64,000 bases of DNA from Gammaproteobacteria bacterium. Lineage in GTDB: Bacteria > Pseudomonadota > Gammaproteobacteria > UBA4575. Positions within the stretch are counted from its first letter, which is position 1, and every line of letters starts with the position of its first letter. Below, in pieces: positions 52,918 to 62,197 of the stretch. The notes below the pieces were generated by a model that saw nothing but the letters and a program-made list of their open reading frames with translations, ran no database searches and was not told the DNA's origin. The stretch is from the NCBI GenBank assembly GCA_965243395.1, contig CBDEUS010000002.1, positions 1,088,001-1,152,000 of the forward strand, in the 5' to 3' direction. Made by a program: the position numbers and the translations under genes.

Positions 52918-53289
52918 TTGTTTAGCTTAAATGCTTGGTTTGAGCGCTCTAGACCTTACTTAGAGCTGCGTAATAACTACACAAATAAAGTGGTTTTAAA
53001 ACTTAATGGTGAAAGGCTACATGAAGTCTTACAAGATATTGGTTATGACTATGAGGATCTTTTACGAAATGGCGCTTCATCAGAGTTGATTAAAGCTCTG
53101 TTATTGGCATCAATTAAGGATTCTCCAATTAAACTTGATTCAAAAAGCGAAATTCTGAAAAAAGTCACGCCTTTTCCCAAAATAAAAAAAGCCCAACATG
53201 CTTATTTTAAAAGCAGTAAATTCGAAAAAAATGACAAAGTGATATATCTAGACCGTATTTTATTGAACTCAAAAGCTAGAAAGGCTTAA
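52918..53289 (+). CDS. Hypothetical protein (start uncertain)
   Basis: Protein-like from FSLNAWFERSRPYLELR onward; track start 52825 overlaps the divergent gene and promoter, so TTG 52918 is preferred. Confidence 0.5.
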   Translation: MFSLNAWFERSRPYLELRNNYTNKVVLKLNGERLHEVLQDIGYDYEDLLRNGASSELIKALLLASIKDSPIKLDSKSEILKKVTPFPKIKKAQHAYFKSSKFEKNDKVIYLDRILLNSKARKA

Positions 53290-53695
53290 CGACAACAAGA
53301 ATTACAATTGCGAATAGTGCTATTACGGGCGCTTCGTTAAACCAGCGATACCATACATGAGACTTAGTATTTTTATCGCTCGCAAAAGTTTTAACAATTC
53401 TTCCGCACCACAAGTGATAAATAATCAATAAAACAATAAAAAACAATTTGACATACATCCAACCAAAAGATGCGTAGATGTCCCAATTTGGGACCAATAA
53501 AATTGCACCTAACACAATTGTTAATGCCATGCTTGGAGTAGTAAAACGATAAAGCTTACGTTCCATGATTTTAAAACGCTCATTACATGCTGGATTGTCA
53601 TTCATTGCATGGTGAACAAATAATCTTGGTAAATAAAATAAACCTGCAAACCAGGTGATTACAAAAATAATATGTAACGCTTTTATCCAAAGCAT
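53276..53695 (-). CDS. hemJ: Protoporphyrinogen oxidase HemJ
   Basis: WIKALHII..WFAGLFYLPRLFV, MERKL, RWFNEAP, KPF. Confidence 0.93.
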   Translation of the reverse strand: MLWIKALHIIFVITWFAGLFYLPRLFVHHAMNDNPACNERFKIMERKLYRFTTPSMALTIVLGAILLVPNWDIYASFGWMYVKLFFIVLLIIYHLWCGRIVKTFASDKNTKSHVWYRWFNEAPVIALFAIVILVVVKPF

Positions 53696-53709
53696 ATTTT
53701 TATCCGTTT

Positions 53710-55455
53710 TTAAATGTCATATGAACTTTTAAATTTCTCTTTTGTTAAAACGCCATAGACGCGAATTGTATCAGGGCCTATGGAGCTGCTGATACAAATT
53801 GCTTCAACGCCTTCTTCAATAAATTGCTCACGCGCAGAATCAGCTGTTGCACGCAAGTCTACGCAGCTTACTTGTAAGCGTTTTGCGGGAATTTTCATTA
53901 AATCTATTTGATCTTTTTCTTCTTCATCTTCGATGTAGTTACACAAATCTGATGAGGGAAGGATGGCAATAGGTTTTTCATCTTCAATCACGATCCATTC
54001 TTTGTTTTGCTCGACTAATTCTTTTGCTTGTTCATAAGAAACGATATTACTGCTGCGGAGAATATTTCGGTTCATTACGTTAGCAACCCCAACACGACGT
54101 AATGCTTGCACCATGGGTTCATGACGATAATCCAAACCTTTTAATTGCATGAGCATTCTATAAATAGAACGTTGTCCAAAAAGCTGGCTGGCAGTAAGTT
54201 GTGCAGTCACTATTGCCAACATCCCAGGTAAAATAATATTTGGATTGCTAGTAAGTTCAAACACAGCAGTCAATGCTGCAAGCGGTGCTTGAAGTGTTGC
54301 ACCCATCATGGCTGCCATGCCAATTAATGCATACATACCTGGTGATGATGAGAGGTCGGGAAAAATGGGTTGTGCAATGATCCCCATTATTCCACCCAAA
54401 CTGGCGCCAATAACAAAGGTAGGACCGATCAGACCAGCAGGTAATCCCAAACCGACACTACATGCAGTTGCGATTAGTTTTGCTGCGAATATGATTAATA
54501 AGAGGTTTAAACCAATGTTGTTTACTAATGAGTTATTTACGGTGTCATAACCGATTCCCATTATTTGTGGCGCAAAATAAGCAAGTAAGCCTGTTATGGT
54601 TCCAGCAAGGGTAAATTTAATCCAGATGGATAAGTTTTTACTGGCTATTGAAGCGAGCTTGGTAATGTAAATAAAAATAACCGCTGCGATACCCGTTACT
54701 ACACCAAGAAAAACTACATAGGGTAGTTCCAATAAGTTTGTCAGTTGAAAATTAGGAACTGAAAAAACGACTTCGGCGCCAAATATAGCCCGAGTCACTG
54801 CCGTAGCACTGACCGCAGACAGAATAACCGGTAAAAAACTCGCCAGTGTGTATTCCATCATAACCACTTCAAGTGCGAAGATCACACCTGCTAATGGTGT
54901 ATTAAATGAGGCTCCGATAGCTGCTGCTGTTCCACAGGCTACAAGTGTCCGAATTGTATTATTTGGTAATCCGAGTTTTTGACCAATTATGCTGCTGGTA
55001 GCCGATCCTAAATGAATTGCAGGGCCTTCACGTCCTAAAGACTGGCCTGAAATGATTGCAATAGCCGCCCCAACATACTGCATTATTAAACCACGAATTG
55101 TTAAATAACCTTGATGGTAAGAAAGCCGTTCCATAACATGTGAAACGCCAACGCTTAGGTCTTTTTTAGCAAATAATTTAAATATTGCTGCAATTACTAT
55201 TGCACCAGCAATGGGAAGAAGAATGCGATAGTTAGCGCGTAATCCTTCATAGTTTTCCGGATCTCCATAAGGTAAAAAAGCGGTTTGTACTGATTCAATT
55301 AAAAGCCTGAATGACACGATAACGAAGCCTGTCATAAGGCCGGCCAAAATACCCAGCACAGCAAGTTGTATTAACGCATCTGGTCTTGATGTTCGTAAGC
55401 GTAAATTTTCTAATGCCTGTCGAATCTTGAGGCGAATAATTGATTCTTTTGCCAT
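53710..55455 (-). CDS. ClC chloride channel/antiporter family protein
   Basis: GREGP, FNTPLAGVIFALEV, many TM helices, C-terminal CBS-like region. Confidence 0.9.
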   Translation of the reverse strand: MAKESIIRLKIRQALENLRLRTSRPDALIQLAVLGILAGLMTGFVIVSFRLLIESVQTAFLPYGDPENYEGLRANYRILLPIAGAIVIAAIFKLFAKKDLSVGVSHVMERLSYHQGYLTIRGLIMQYVGAAIAIISGQSLGREGPAIHLGSATSSIIGQKLGLPNNTIRTLVACGTAAAIGASFNTPLAGVIFALEVVMMEYTLASFLPVILSAVSATAVTRAIFGAEVVFSVPNFQLTNLLELPYVVFLGVVTGIAAVIFIYITKLASIASKNLSIWIKFTLAGTITGLLAYFAPQIMGIGYDTVNNSLVNNIGLNLLLIIFAAKLIATACSVGLGLPAGLIGPTFVIGASLGGIMGIIAQPIFPDLSSSPGMYALIGMAAMMGATLQAPLAALTAVFELTSNPNIILPGMLAIVTAQLTASQLFGQRSIYRMLMQLKGLDYRHEPMVQALRRVGVANVMNRNILRSSNIVSYEQAKELVEQNKEWIVIEDEKPIAILPSSDLCNYIEDEEEKDQIDLMKIPAKRLQVSCVDLRATADSAREQFIEEGVEAICISSSIGPDTIRVYGVLTKEKFKSSYDI

Positions 55456-55632
55456 GCGCTAGATTATGCCATAAGAACAATAATTATCTGTTCTCGATCA
55501 GCACGTATAATCTTAAGTGTTTTGCTTTTGATGAAACTTATTAGCTTGTATGATGCACCAAGATTTTTGTCAGACTCCATACTTATATGAGTTAGTCTGA
55601 ATTGAAATTTTTATTAATAGGAAGCTGTATTC

Positions 55633-56664
55633 ATGATCTCAGTCGGAATTGTAGGTGGTACGGGATATACCGGTATTGAGCTGTTGCGCATATTGGTCTC
55701 ACATCCTATGGTTGAGATTAAAGTGGTCACATCACGAAGTGAGGCAGGGAATAAAGTTTCCAGCGTATACCCGAGCTTACTTGCTAATCTTGATGTAGCT
55801 TTCACTGCACCTGATGCGGCTCTTTTGAAAGAGTGTGATTGTGTATTTTTTGCTGCGCCAAATGGAACAGCAATGCAAATGGTGCCTGAACTTTTGGATA
55901 ATGGAGTGAAAGTTATTGACCTGGCGGCTGATTTTAGAATCAAAGATTCAGCAACGTGGGAACAATGGTATAAACAACCGCATGCATGTCCGGACTTGTT
56001 AAACAATGCAGTTTACGGTTTGCCTGAACTACATCGAAATGAAATTAAAAAAGCAACACTGGTCGCAAACCCTGGATGTTATCCAACAGCAGTTATTTTA
56101 GGTTTCTTACCTTTGATTGAATCGGGAATTTCTAAAAATACAAAGTTAATTGCAGACGCAAAATCGGGTGTAAGTGGTGCAGGGCGTGGCGCAAATGTGC
56201 CAACACTTTTCAGCGAAGCGGGTGAAAATTTTAAAGCTTACAACGTCAATGCACATCGACATTGGCCTGAGATTAAACAAGTTTTAGAAAGTGTAAGTAA
56301 TGACGAAGTTAATTTTGTGTTTACTCCTCATTTAACACCTATGGTAAGAGGAATATTTGCCACACTATATTCTGTAGGCATTGATTCTTCTGCAGATTTA
56401 ATTGATTTATATAAGAAAAGATATGCTGATGAAGCATTTGTGCAAGTATTAGAAGAGGGTGTGCTACCTGAAACCAAGCATGTTCGTGCATCTAATCAGT
56501 GCATATTATCTATATCTAAACCCTATAGTGGCGATACTGCTGTAGTGTTATCAGTAATTGACAATCTTGTAAAAGGTGCGGCAGGTCAGGCCGTTCAAAA
56601 TATGAATTTAATGTTTGGAATAGAAGAGACAACAGGATTAATGCAGGCGGGGCTATTTCCTTAA
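55633..56664 (+). CDS. argC: N-acetyl-gamma-glutamyl-phosphate reductase
   Basis: [34 protein letters not shown]. Confidence 0.97.
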   Translation: MISVGIVGGTGYTGIELLRILVSHPMVEIKVVTSRSEAGNKVSSVYPSLLANLDVAFTAPDAALLKECDCVFFAAPNGTAMQMVPELLDNGVKVIDLAADFRIKDSATWEQWYKQPHACPDLLNNAVYGLPELHRNEIKKATLVANPGCYPTAVILGFLPLIESGISKNTKLIADAKSGVSGAGRGANVPTLFSEAGENFKAYNVNAHRHWPEIKQVLESVSNDEVNFVFTPHLTPMVRGIFATLYSVGIDSSADLIDLYKKRYADEAFVQVLEEGVLPETKHVRASNQCILSISKPYSGDTAVVLSVIDNLVKGAAGQAVQNMNLMFGIEETTGLMQAGLFP

Positions 56665-57383
56665 TGATTAAGCGCACTCGACAAAACGGTTCTTATCTAG
56701 TTTCATTTGGAATTACAGCGGCGTTTTTTATACTTTCTTTATATTTTGCATATTGGATAGGTGAGAATGGATTAAGAATTCCTTTTTTGTCATCTCATAG
56801 CTTGCCAGAGTTTGCAGATAGTGATGAAAAAATTAAATTTTTAGAAAAAAAGGTTCGAGAACTTGAAGGTGAGCTGGCTTATGTGAAACGTTCAACTAAA
56901 GTTGAACTTGCAGCGGTTGAAGAAGTAAATAAAGCAATAAAAGAAAAAGACCTAGAACTTTTAGAGTTAAAACAAGAACTGCATTTTTATAATACGCTTT
57001 ATACTGCAAATACTGATAATACACTTATTCATATTAAAGCATTTGATTTGCAAAAAGATCCTGTAACTGGGCGATATGTATACGAGCTTGTGTTAACTGG
57101 TGTTGCCAAAAAGCGTGAAGGTAAAGTGTCAGGTGTGATTGGTTTAAGTGTAGATGGAGAAGAACAAGATATACTCAAACGTTTAGTTTTTGAAGATGCT
57201 AGTGAAGTAACAGAGACTTCGCTGACATTTTCTTTTAAATATTTTCAAAAAATTTCGGGAAGTTTTTCTTTACCAGAAGAATTTAAGCCATCAACAGTAC
57301 ACATAGAAGTTCGTCGTGATAAAAGCAAAAAAGAACCCATTGCTGTGAGTTATAACTGGGACGAAGTTTTTACAAATAGTTAA
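56664..57383 (+). CDS. DUF6776-like coiled-coil membrane-anchored protein
   Basis: TM, coiled coil, ELHFY, FSFKYFQ; argC-bactofilin context. Confidence 0.75.
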   Translation: MIKRTRQNGSYLVSFGITAAFFILSLYFAYWIGENGLRIPFLSSHSLPEFADSDEKIKFLEKKVRELEGELAYVKRSTKVELAAVEEVNKAIKEKDLELLELKQELHFYNTLYTANTDNTLIHIKAFDLQKDPVTGRYVYELVLTGVAKKREGKVSGVIGLSVDGEEQDILKRLVFEDASEVTETSLTFSFKYFQKISGSFSLPEEFKPSTVHIEVRRDKSKKEPIAVSYNWDEVFTNS

Positions 57384-57394
57384 AGCAGGTAGTT

Positions 57395-57760
57395 ATGGCA
57401 TTTAAGAAAAAAGTTAAAACCATGCGAGTTGATACACTGGTAGGTAAACATTCAAAAATTATGGGTGATATTTTATTTACCGGTGGAGTACATATTGAAG
57501 GTGAGGTAGAAGGAAATCTCATGGCGGAAGAATCCGATAAAGGATTTGTAGTAGTGAGCGAGTCTGGGCTAGTAAAAGGAGAAATCCGTGGTCCAACAAT
57601 CATCGTCTATGGAACTGTAAGTGGTGATGTATATGCGACCGGCACCATAGAACTTGCCTCAGGTGCAAAAATTAACGGTAGTGTTTATTACAATTTACTA
57701 GAAATGGCTAACGGGGCTGAAGTAAATGGAAATCTTGTACATCAGCAAAGCAATACGTGA
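57395..57760 (+). CDS. Bactofilin (polymer-forming cytoskeletal protein)
   Basis: TLVG...IMGDI, IEGEVEG, V.GEI, GA.VNG beta-helix repeats. Confidence 0.9.
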   Translation: MAFKKKVKTMRVDTLVGKHSKIMGDILFTGGVHIEGEVEGNLMAEESDKGFVVVSESGLVKGEIRGPTIIVYGTVSGDVYATGTIELASGAKINGSVYYNLLEMANGAEVNGNLVHQQSNT

Positions 57761-57800
57761 TCAGTGGTTGTAAAATCAGGTTTTGAACTATTCCTAAGGA

Positions 57801-57825
57801 ATAGTTGACTAATTTACTAAGGTAA
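57801..57825 (+). promoter_or_regulatory. IscR type 1 site overlapping the erpA promoter
   Basis: ATAGTTGACTAATTTACTAAGGTAA, 22/25 to consensus; TTGACT-N18-TAGTAT promoter. Confidence 0.8.
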
Positions 57826-57869
57826 TGTTAGTATATTAGCAAGTTCTAAAATAACATTTGGAGAATCAT

Positions 57870-58247
57870 ATGGCTGCAGCCAATAATGCGGAAGCAACAA
57901 CACCCTCTGCACCCCCATCATCTTTAATATTTACTGATGCGGCTGCAAACAAGGTGAAGCAGCTCATTGAAGATGAAAAAAACGACAATCTTAAGTTACG
58001 CGTGTTTGTAAGTGGTGGAGGTTGTTCAGGTTTTCAATATGGGTTCACCTTTGATGAAAATTTACAAGATGGCGATACTTCAGTCGAAAATGCTGGGGTT
58101 ACGTTATTAGTTGACCCAATGAGCTTTCAGTATTTAATGGGTGCAGAAATCGATTACACAGAAGGTTTGGAAGGAGCGCAATTTGTAATTCGCAATCCAA
58201 ATGCACAGACGACTTGTGGCTGTGGTTCTTCTTTCTCACCTGGTTAA
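57870..58247 (+). CDS. erpA: Fe-S insertion protein ErpA
   Basis: [26 protein letters not shown]; GGAG RBS before ATG 57870. Confidence 0.95.
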   Translation: MAAANNAEATTPSAPPSSLIFTDAAANKVKQLIEDEKNDNLKLRVFVSGGGCSGFQYGFTFDENLQDGDTSVENAGVTLLVDPMSFQYLMGAEIDYTEGLEGAQFVIRNPNAQTTCGCGSSFSPG

Positions 58248-58270
58248 TGATCCAATTGGTTTAATTATTT

Positions 58271-58299
58271 AAAAAGCGCTCGCATGAGCGCTTTTTTTT
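58271..58299 (+). terminator. Intrinsic terminator after erpA
   Basis: AAAAAGCGCTC-GCAT-GAGCGCTTTTTTTT. Confidence 0.9.
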
Positions 58300-58374
58300 G
58301 TCCTTTTGAAAATACCGCAGCCTAGGATATTGATTTAAAATATAAGCAATCACCCTGCTTTAGGAAATTAAGTT

Positions 58375-59424
58375 ATGCAAATCAGTGTTTCAGAAATCTT
58401 AAATGAATTTTCGCAATGGAATTTATTCTTAAAGTACGATGGGCCAGATAAGCAAATTACGGGAATGCCTGACATAAAAGAATCTGGTGAAGGTGATTTG
58501 GTATTTGTTGAAAGCGAAGAATATGTTCCATTTGTGCAAAAGCAAAAGCCTTCAGCTGTAGTTACTAATGAAAATCTTGCAGATCAATTTAGCGGGCTAT
58601 CCAATACTGCGATTCTGGTAAGTCCAAATGCAAAATTAGCGCAAGCACTGTTGAGACAAAAATATATGGATCGTGATTTGCGTGATAATGGTTGGCCGCA
58701 AATTCATGATTCGGCGGTAATACATGATTCAGCAATACTGCAATCAAATGTAACAATTGGGCCTAATGCTGTTATTTCAAAAAATGCCAGCATTGGTGAA
58801 AACAGCATAGTAATGGCAAATGCTGTCATTGAAGAAAATGTAACGATTGGTGCTGATTGTGTAATTTATCCAAATGCAGTAATTTCGTATGAATGCGTAA
58901 TAGGGGATCGATGCATTATTATGTCGGGTACAGTAATTGGTGCGGAGGGGTTTGGCTTTGCACAAGATCAGAATCAAAAAAGTTATCGAGTGCCACAACT
59001 TGGCAATGTAATTATCGGAAACGATGTAGTGATTGGTGCAAATTGCACGATTGACCGTGCGACATTCAACAGCACAAAGATTGGTAATGGATGTAAGTTT
59101 GATAATTTAATTCATATTGCTCACAACGTAGAGGTTGGTGAGGATGCGCTCATGGCTGCGCAATGCGGTGTCGCGGGTTCCACAAAGATTGGTAAGCGCG
59201 TGCGTTTTGGCGGCCAAACTGGAACCTATGATCATGTTGTGATTGGCGACGATACAATTTTTGTCCATCGTTCAGCCATAATACAGGACGTTGAAGAGCC
59301 AGGAATCTATGCTGGTTTACCTCCAATTCCATTGCGTCAATGGTCTAAATCCACGGCAGTTTTTAAACAGCTTGAAAGTTTGAAAAAAACAGTTGATTCG
59401 CTATCAAAAAATAAAACTAAATGA
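58375..59424 (+). CDS. lpxD: UDP-3-O-acylglucosamine N-acyltransferase LpxD (stand-alone copy)
   Basis: Hexapeptide repeats, GAEGFGF, PQLG.V, TIDRA, DNLIHIAHNV. Confidence 0.9.
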   Translation: MQISVSEILNEFSQWNLFLKYDGPDKQITGMPDIKESGEGDLVFVESEEYVPFVQKQKPSAVVTNENLADQFSGLSNTAILVSPNAKLAQALLRQKYMDRDLRDNGWPQIHDSAVIHDSAILQSNVTIGPNAVISKNASIGENSIVMANAVIEENVTIGADCVIYPNAVISYECVIGDRCIIMSGTVIGAEGFGFAQDQNQKSYRVPQLGNVIIGNDVVIGANCTIDRATFNSTKIGNGCKFDNLIHIAHNVEVGEDALMAAQCGVAGSTKIGKRVRFGGQTGTYDHVVIGDDTIFVHRSAIIQDVEEPGIYAGLPPIPLRQWSKSTAVFKQLESLKKTVDSLSKNKTK

Positions 59425-59822
59425 CTACATTGTTTGAAAAGTTTGATAGTCAATATCAAGTTCAACAATTAGTAGAAGAATTTTATGATGTAATGGATCG
59501 CGACAAAAAAGCAAAAGAATTACGCAGTTTACATCCGGAAAACCTTTTTTTTACAAAAAAAATTCTCTATCGATTTATTGTGCATTGGTCAGGTGGACCA
59601 GAAATATTCAATTCCGAGTACACAAATTCAACCTGGTTAGAATTGCGTCATCGAAACGTTGAATTAAATGAGTTACATCGTAAACAGTGGTTGTATTGCA
59701 TGGAGACAGCAATGCGAAATTTAGACTTTAGTGCTGGATTGATTGAAGAAGTGTTAGCAAGATTTTCAAGCTTAATAAATTCGATGTTAGCCATTCGGTC
59801 AGATTTAAAAAGCAGCAATTGA
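59421..59822 (+). CDS. Group II truncated haemoglobin (divergent)
   Basis: LVEEFYDVM (TyrB10), SLHP, WSGGP, LRH (proximal His), QWLYCM; ATGA overlap with lpxD. Confidence 0.78.
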   Translation: MTTLFEKFDSQYQVQQLVEEFYDVMDRDKKAKELRSLHPENLFFTKKILYRFIVHWSGGPEIFNSEYTNSTWLELRHRNVELNELHRKQWLYCMETAMRNLDFSAGLIEEVLARFSSLINSMLAIRSDLKSSN

Positions 59823-60251
59823 TCTCGATTTATTATTAATATTTTTCAGTGAGTTACATAATCATTTAAACATAGATAAATTGTTTTATTTTTAAACAAA
59901 TAACCACCCGCCCTACCTATACATTTTATATATAACTTATTTTTATTGTGCTTAGAATAGATGTCGACTACAAATAATGATTATTTATATTACATTAATT
60001 AATTCATAAACTTAGCTTGCAAATCCATAAAAGTTTAATTAGTATCCCTACTTAGATAAAAAAATAGAAAATTTACAAAGATCCTGTCTAATTTTCTTTC
60101 GGTGTGTTTCAGCACGAGACTTCCTGAATAGTTACTTCTAATTTGAAGTAATTCATCTCGCCAAAAATCAAAAATCTTTTTTAAACATATGCTTTGCAAA
60201 GCAGAGATGTTTTGCCCGCATCAAAATCTAGAAGATAAAGAGGAGTCTTAG

Positions 60252-62123
60252 ATGAGTGAAGATAACTTAGGAACTTCTACAGAAGAACAACCCATCGTTA
60301 GTGATGTTCAGGAAGATTTGCCTGCATCTCAAAGTAGAAGAAGTTTTATAACAGGCGTAGGGGCTGCGCCAATTGCACTTGGTGCTGCAACTTTACCTTT
60401 TGCAAGTACTGCAGATGCGAGTCGCAGGAGTGGAAATAGATCAGACAGAGGTGATGCGCTCACGCCATTTAATTTACGACGTAGAGCATCAAAATCATTA
60501 AGCATTCGCTTGCGTTCTGCATTAAGACAGTACAGACGAACTAGAAGAAGACTTAACAGACGCAGGAATAATGTTGGCCGCCCATTTCATGTTAATAATG
60601 GTGATGAGAGAAATTTAGAAGGTTTTATTGGTAATTTCCACAAAGGGTTAAAACAAAATGATCTAGGTGAAGTCGATCGAGGTGCATATCTAAAACTTCT
60701 TCGCGCGCTTCGAAGTGGTAAGTTTGATGATCTAGCACAAGTACCACTTGGTTGTCCTGATCCTTCATTACAACGTCGTCTTGTAAACCCATTAGCGGGT
60801 CTTGCATTTCAAGGCTTAGGGCCCGATTCACATGCACAGAGAATCCCACCTGCTCCTCGTTTTAGTAGCCAGGAAGCAGCATCTGAGATGGTAGAAGTTT
60901 ATTGGGGTGCGCTTTTACGTGACGTGCCATTTGACCAATACGAAAGTAACGAAACTGCTTTAGCGGCTGTAGAGGAGCTTAATTCTTTGCCTGGAACAGG
61001 TAACATGATGGACGTCAAAGATAAAGTAACACCACAAAATCTTTTCCGTTCTGGTCTGCCAGGTTCTGAAAAGGGACCATTTGCGTCTCAATTTTTCCTT
61101 CGTGATGTGCCGTACGGTACTCAAGGCTTCTCACAAAGAAGTGCAACCCGTATCGCAGGCCGAGATTTCATGACATCTTATGATGAGTGGTTAGACATCC
61201 AGCGTGGTTGTGCACAAGGCCCAGGTCTTGAATTATTTGAAGACCAGCCTCGTTACTACTACAACGGCAGAGTAGCAGGATCATTTGTACAAGTTGATGC
61301 ATTAGCACAAGCCTATTTCAACGCATGTATCATTGCGCTTACTCCACCTGAAACTATTGGCCAGTTTGGTATGAATGCCGGATTTGGTGGAATTGGTGCA
61401 CCGTTTGATCCAAACAATCCTTATTTTGGTGCCGCAGTTGGCGGTGGCGTGGGAGATTCATCTGGCTTCACAGGTGCGGCAAGAATTTCTGAAGGTCTGG
61501 CGACTTTTGGTCCGCCACAGATTCTTACTATTCTCTGGGCTGTGTCAGGTACGGCTGCGCAAAATCAGTGGTTCCAAAAATGGAATGTACATCGTCGACT
61601 TCGTCCTGAAGTGATGGGTGGTCGAGTTCATAACACGCTCACCGGCAGAGCAAATTACCCAATTGATGATAGTTTGCTAAGTTCAAAAGCCGTAGAAGAA
61701 ACTCGTAGACGTTTTGGAACTTTCTTGTTGCCGATGGCTTTCCCTGAAGGCTCTCCTACACACCCATCATATGGCGCAGGTCACGCTACAGTTGCTGGTG
61801 CATGTGTCACCATACTCAAGGCAGTGTTTGACGAGGATGCAGTGATTGAAAATCCTGTTCAACCTACTGCAGATGGTTTCGATTTAGAGCCTTATACGGG
61901 TCCTGATGAATTAACTGTTGGTGGTGAACTCAACAAGCTTGCTGGTAATGTTGGATGTGCACGTAACTTTGGATGTGTTCACTGGCGCTCTGATAATGCA
62001 GCTTCCTATCGTTTAGGTGAGGAGTATGCAGTTCAGTTCTTGCGTGATCTCTCAGAGACAGCATTAGAACCATTTAACGGTTATACATTCACCAGCTTTG
62101 ATGGTGAGAAAATAACGGTATAA
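60252..62123 (+). CDS. Vanadium-dependent haloperoxidase with Tat signal peptide
   Basis: SRRSFI twin-arginine motif and ADA cleavage site; QKWNVHRRLRPE, EGSPTHPSYGAGHA, GELNKLA, RNFGCVHWRSD. Confidence 0.9.
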   Translation: MSEDNLGTSTEEQPIVSDVQEDLPASQSRRSFITGVGAAPIALGAATLPFASTADASRRSGNRSDRGDALTPFNLRRRASKSLSIRLRSALRQYRRTRRRLNRRRNNVGRPFHVNNGDERNLEGFIGNFHKGLKQNDLGEVDRGAYLKLLRALRSGKFDDLAQVPLGCPDPSLQRRLVNPLAGLAFQGLGPDSHAQRIPPAPRFSSQEAASEMVEVYWGALLRDVPFDQYESNETALAAVEELNSLPGTGNMMDVKDKVTPQNLFRSGLPGSEKGPFASQFFLRDVPYGTQGFSQRSATRIAGRDFMTSYDEWLDIQRGCAQGPGLELFEDQPRYYYNGRVAGSFVQVDALAQAYFNACIIALTPPETIGQFGMNAGFGGIGAPFDPNNPYFGAAVGGGVGDSSGFTGAARISEGLATFGPPQILTILWAVSGTAAQNQWFQKWNVHRRLRPEVMGGRVHNTLTGRANYPIDDSLLSSKAVEETRRRFGTFLLPMAFPEGSPTHPSYGAGHATVAGACVTILKAVFDEDAVIENPVQPTADGFDLEPYTGPDELTVGGELNKLAGNVGCARNFGCVHWRSDNAASYRLGEEYAVQFLRDLSETALEPFNGYTFTSFDGEKITV

Positions 62124-62145
62124 AATATAGACATACCAAACTGTT

Positions 62146-62176
62146 AAAAAAGGGCAGCCGAATGGTTGCCCTTTTT
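62146..62176. terminator. Intrinsic (bidirectional-type) terminator after the haloperoxidase
   Basis: AAAAAAGGGCAGCC-GAAT-GGTTGCCCTTTTT. Confidence 0.88.
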
Positions 62177-62197
62177 GTATCAACCATGTTTTTTTTC

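Noticed and set aside
59957-59995. Possible OxyR site (ATAG-N7-CTAC) upstream of the haloperoxidase
   Set aside because: Only one half matches in very AT-rich DNA.
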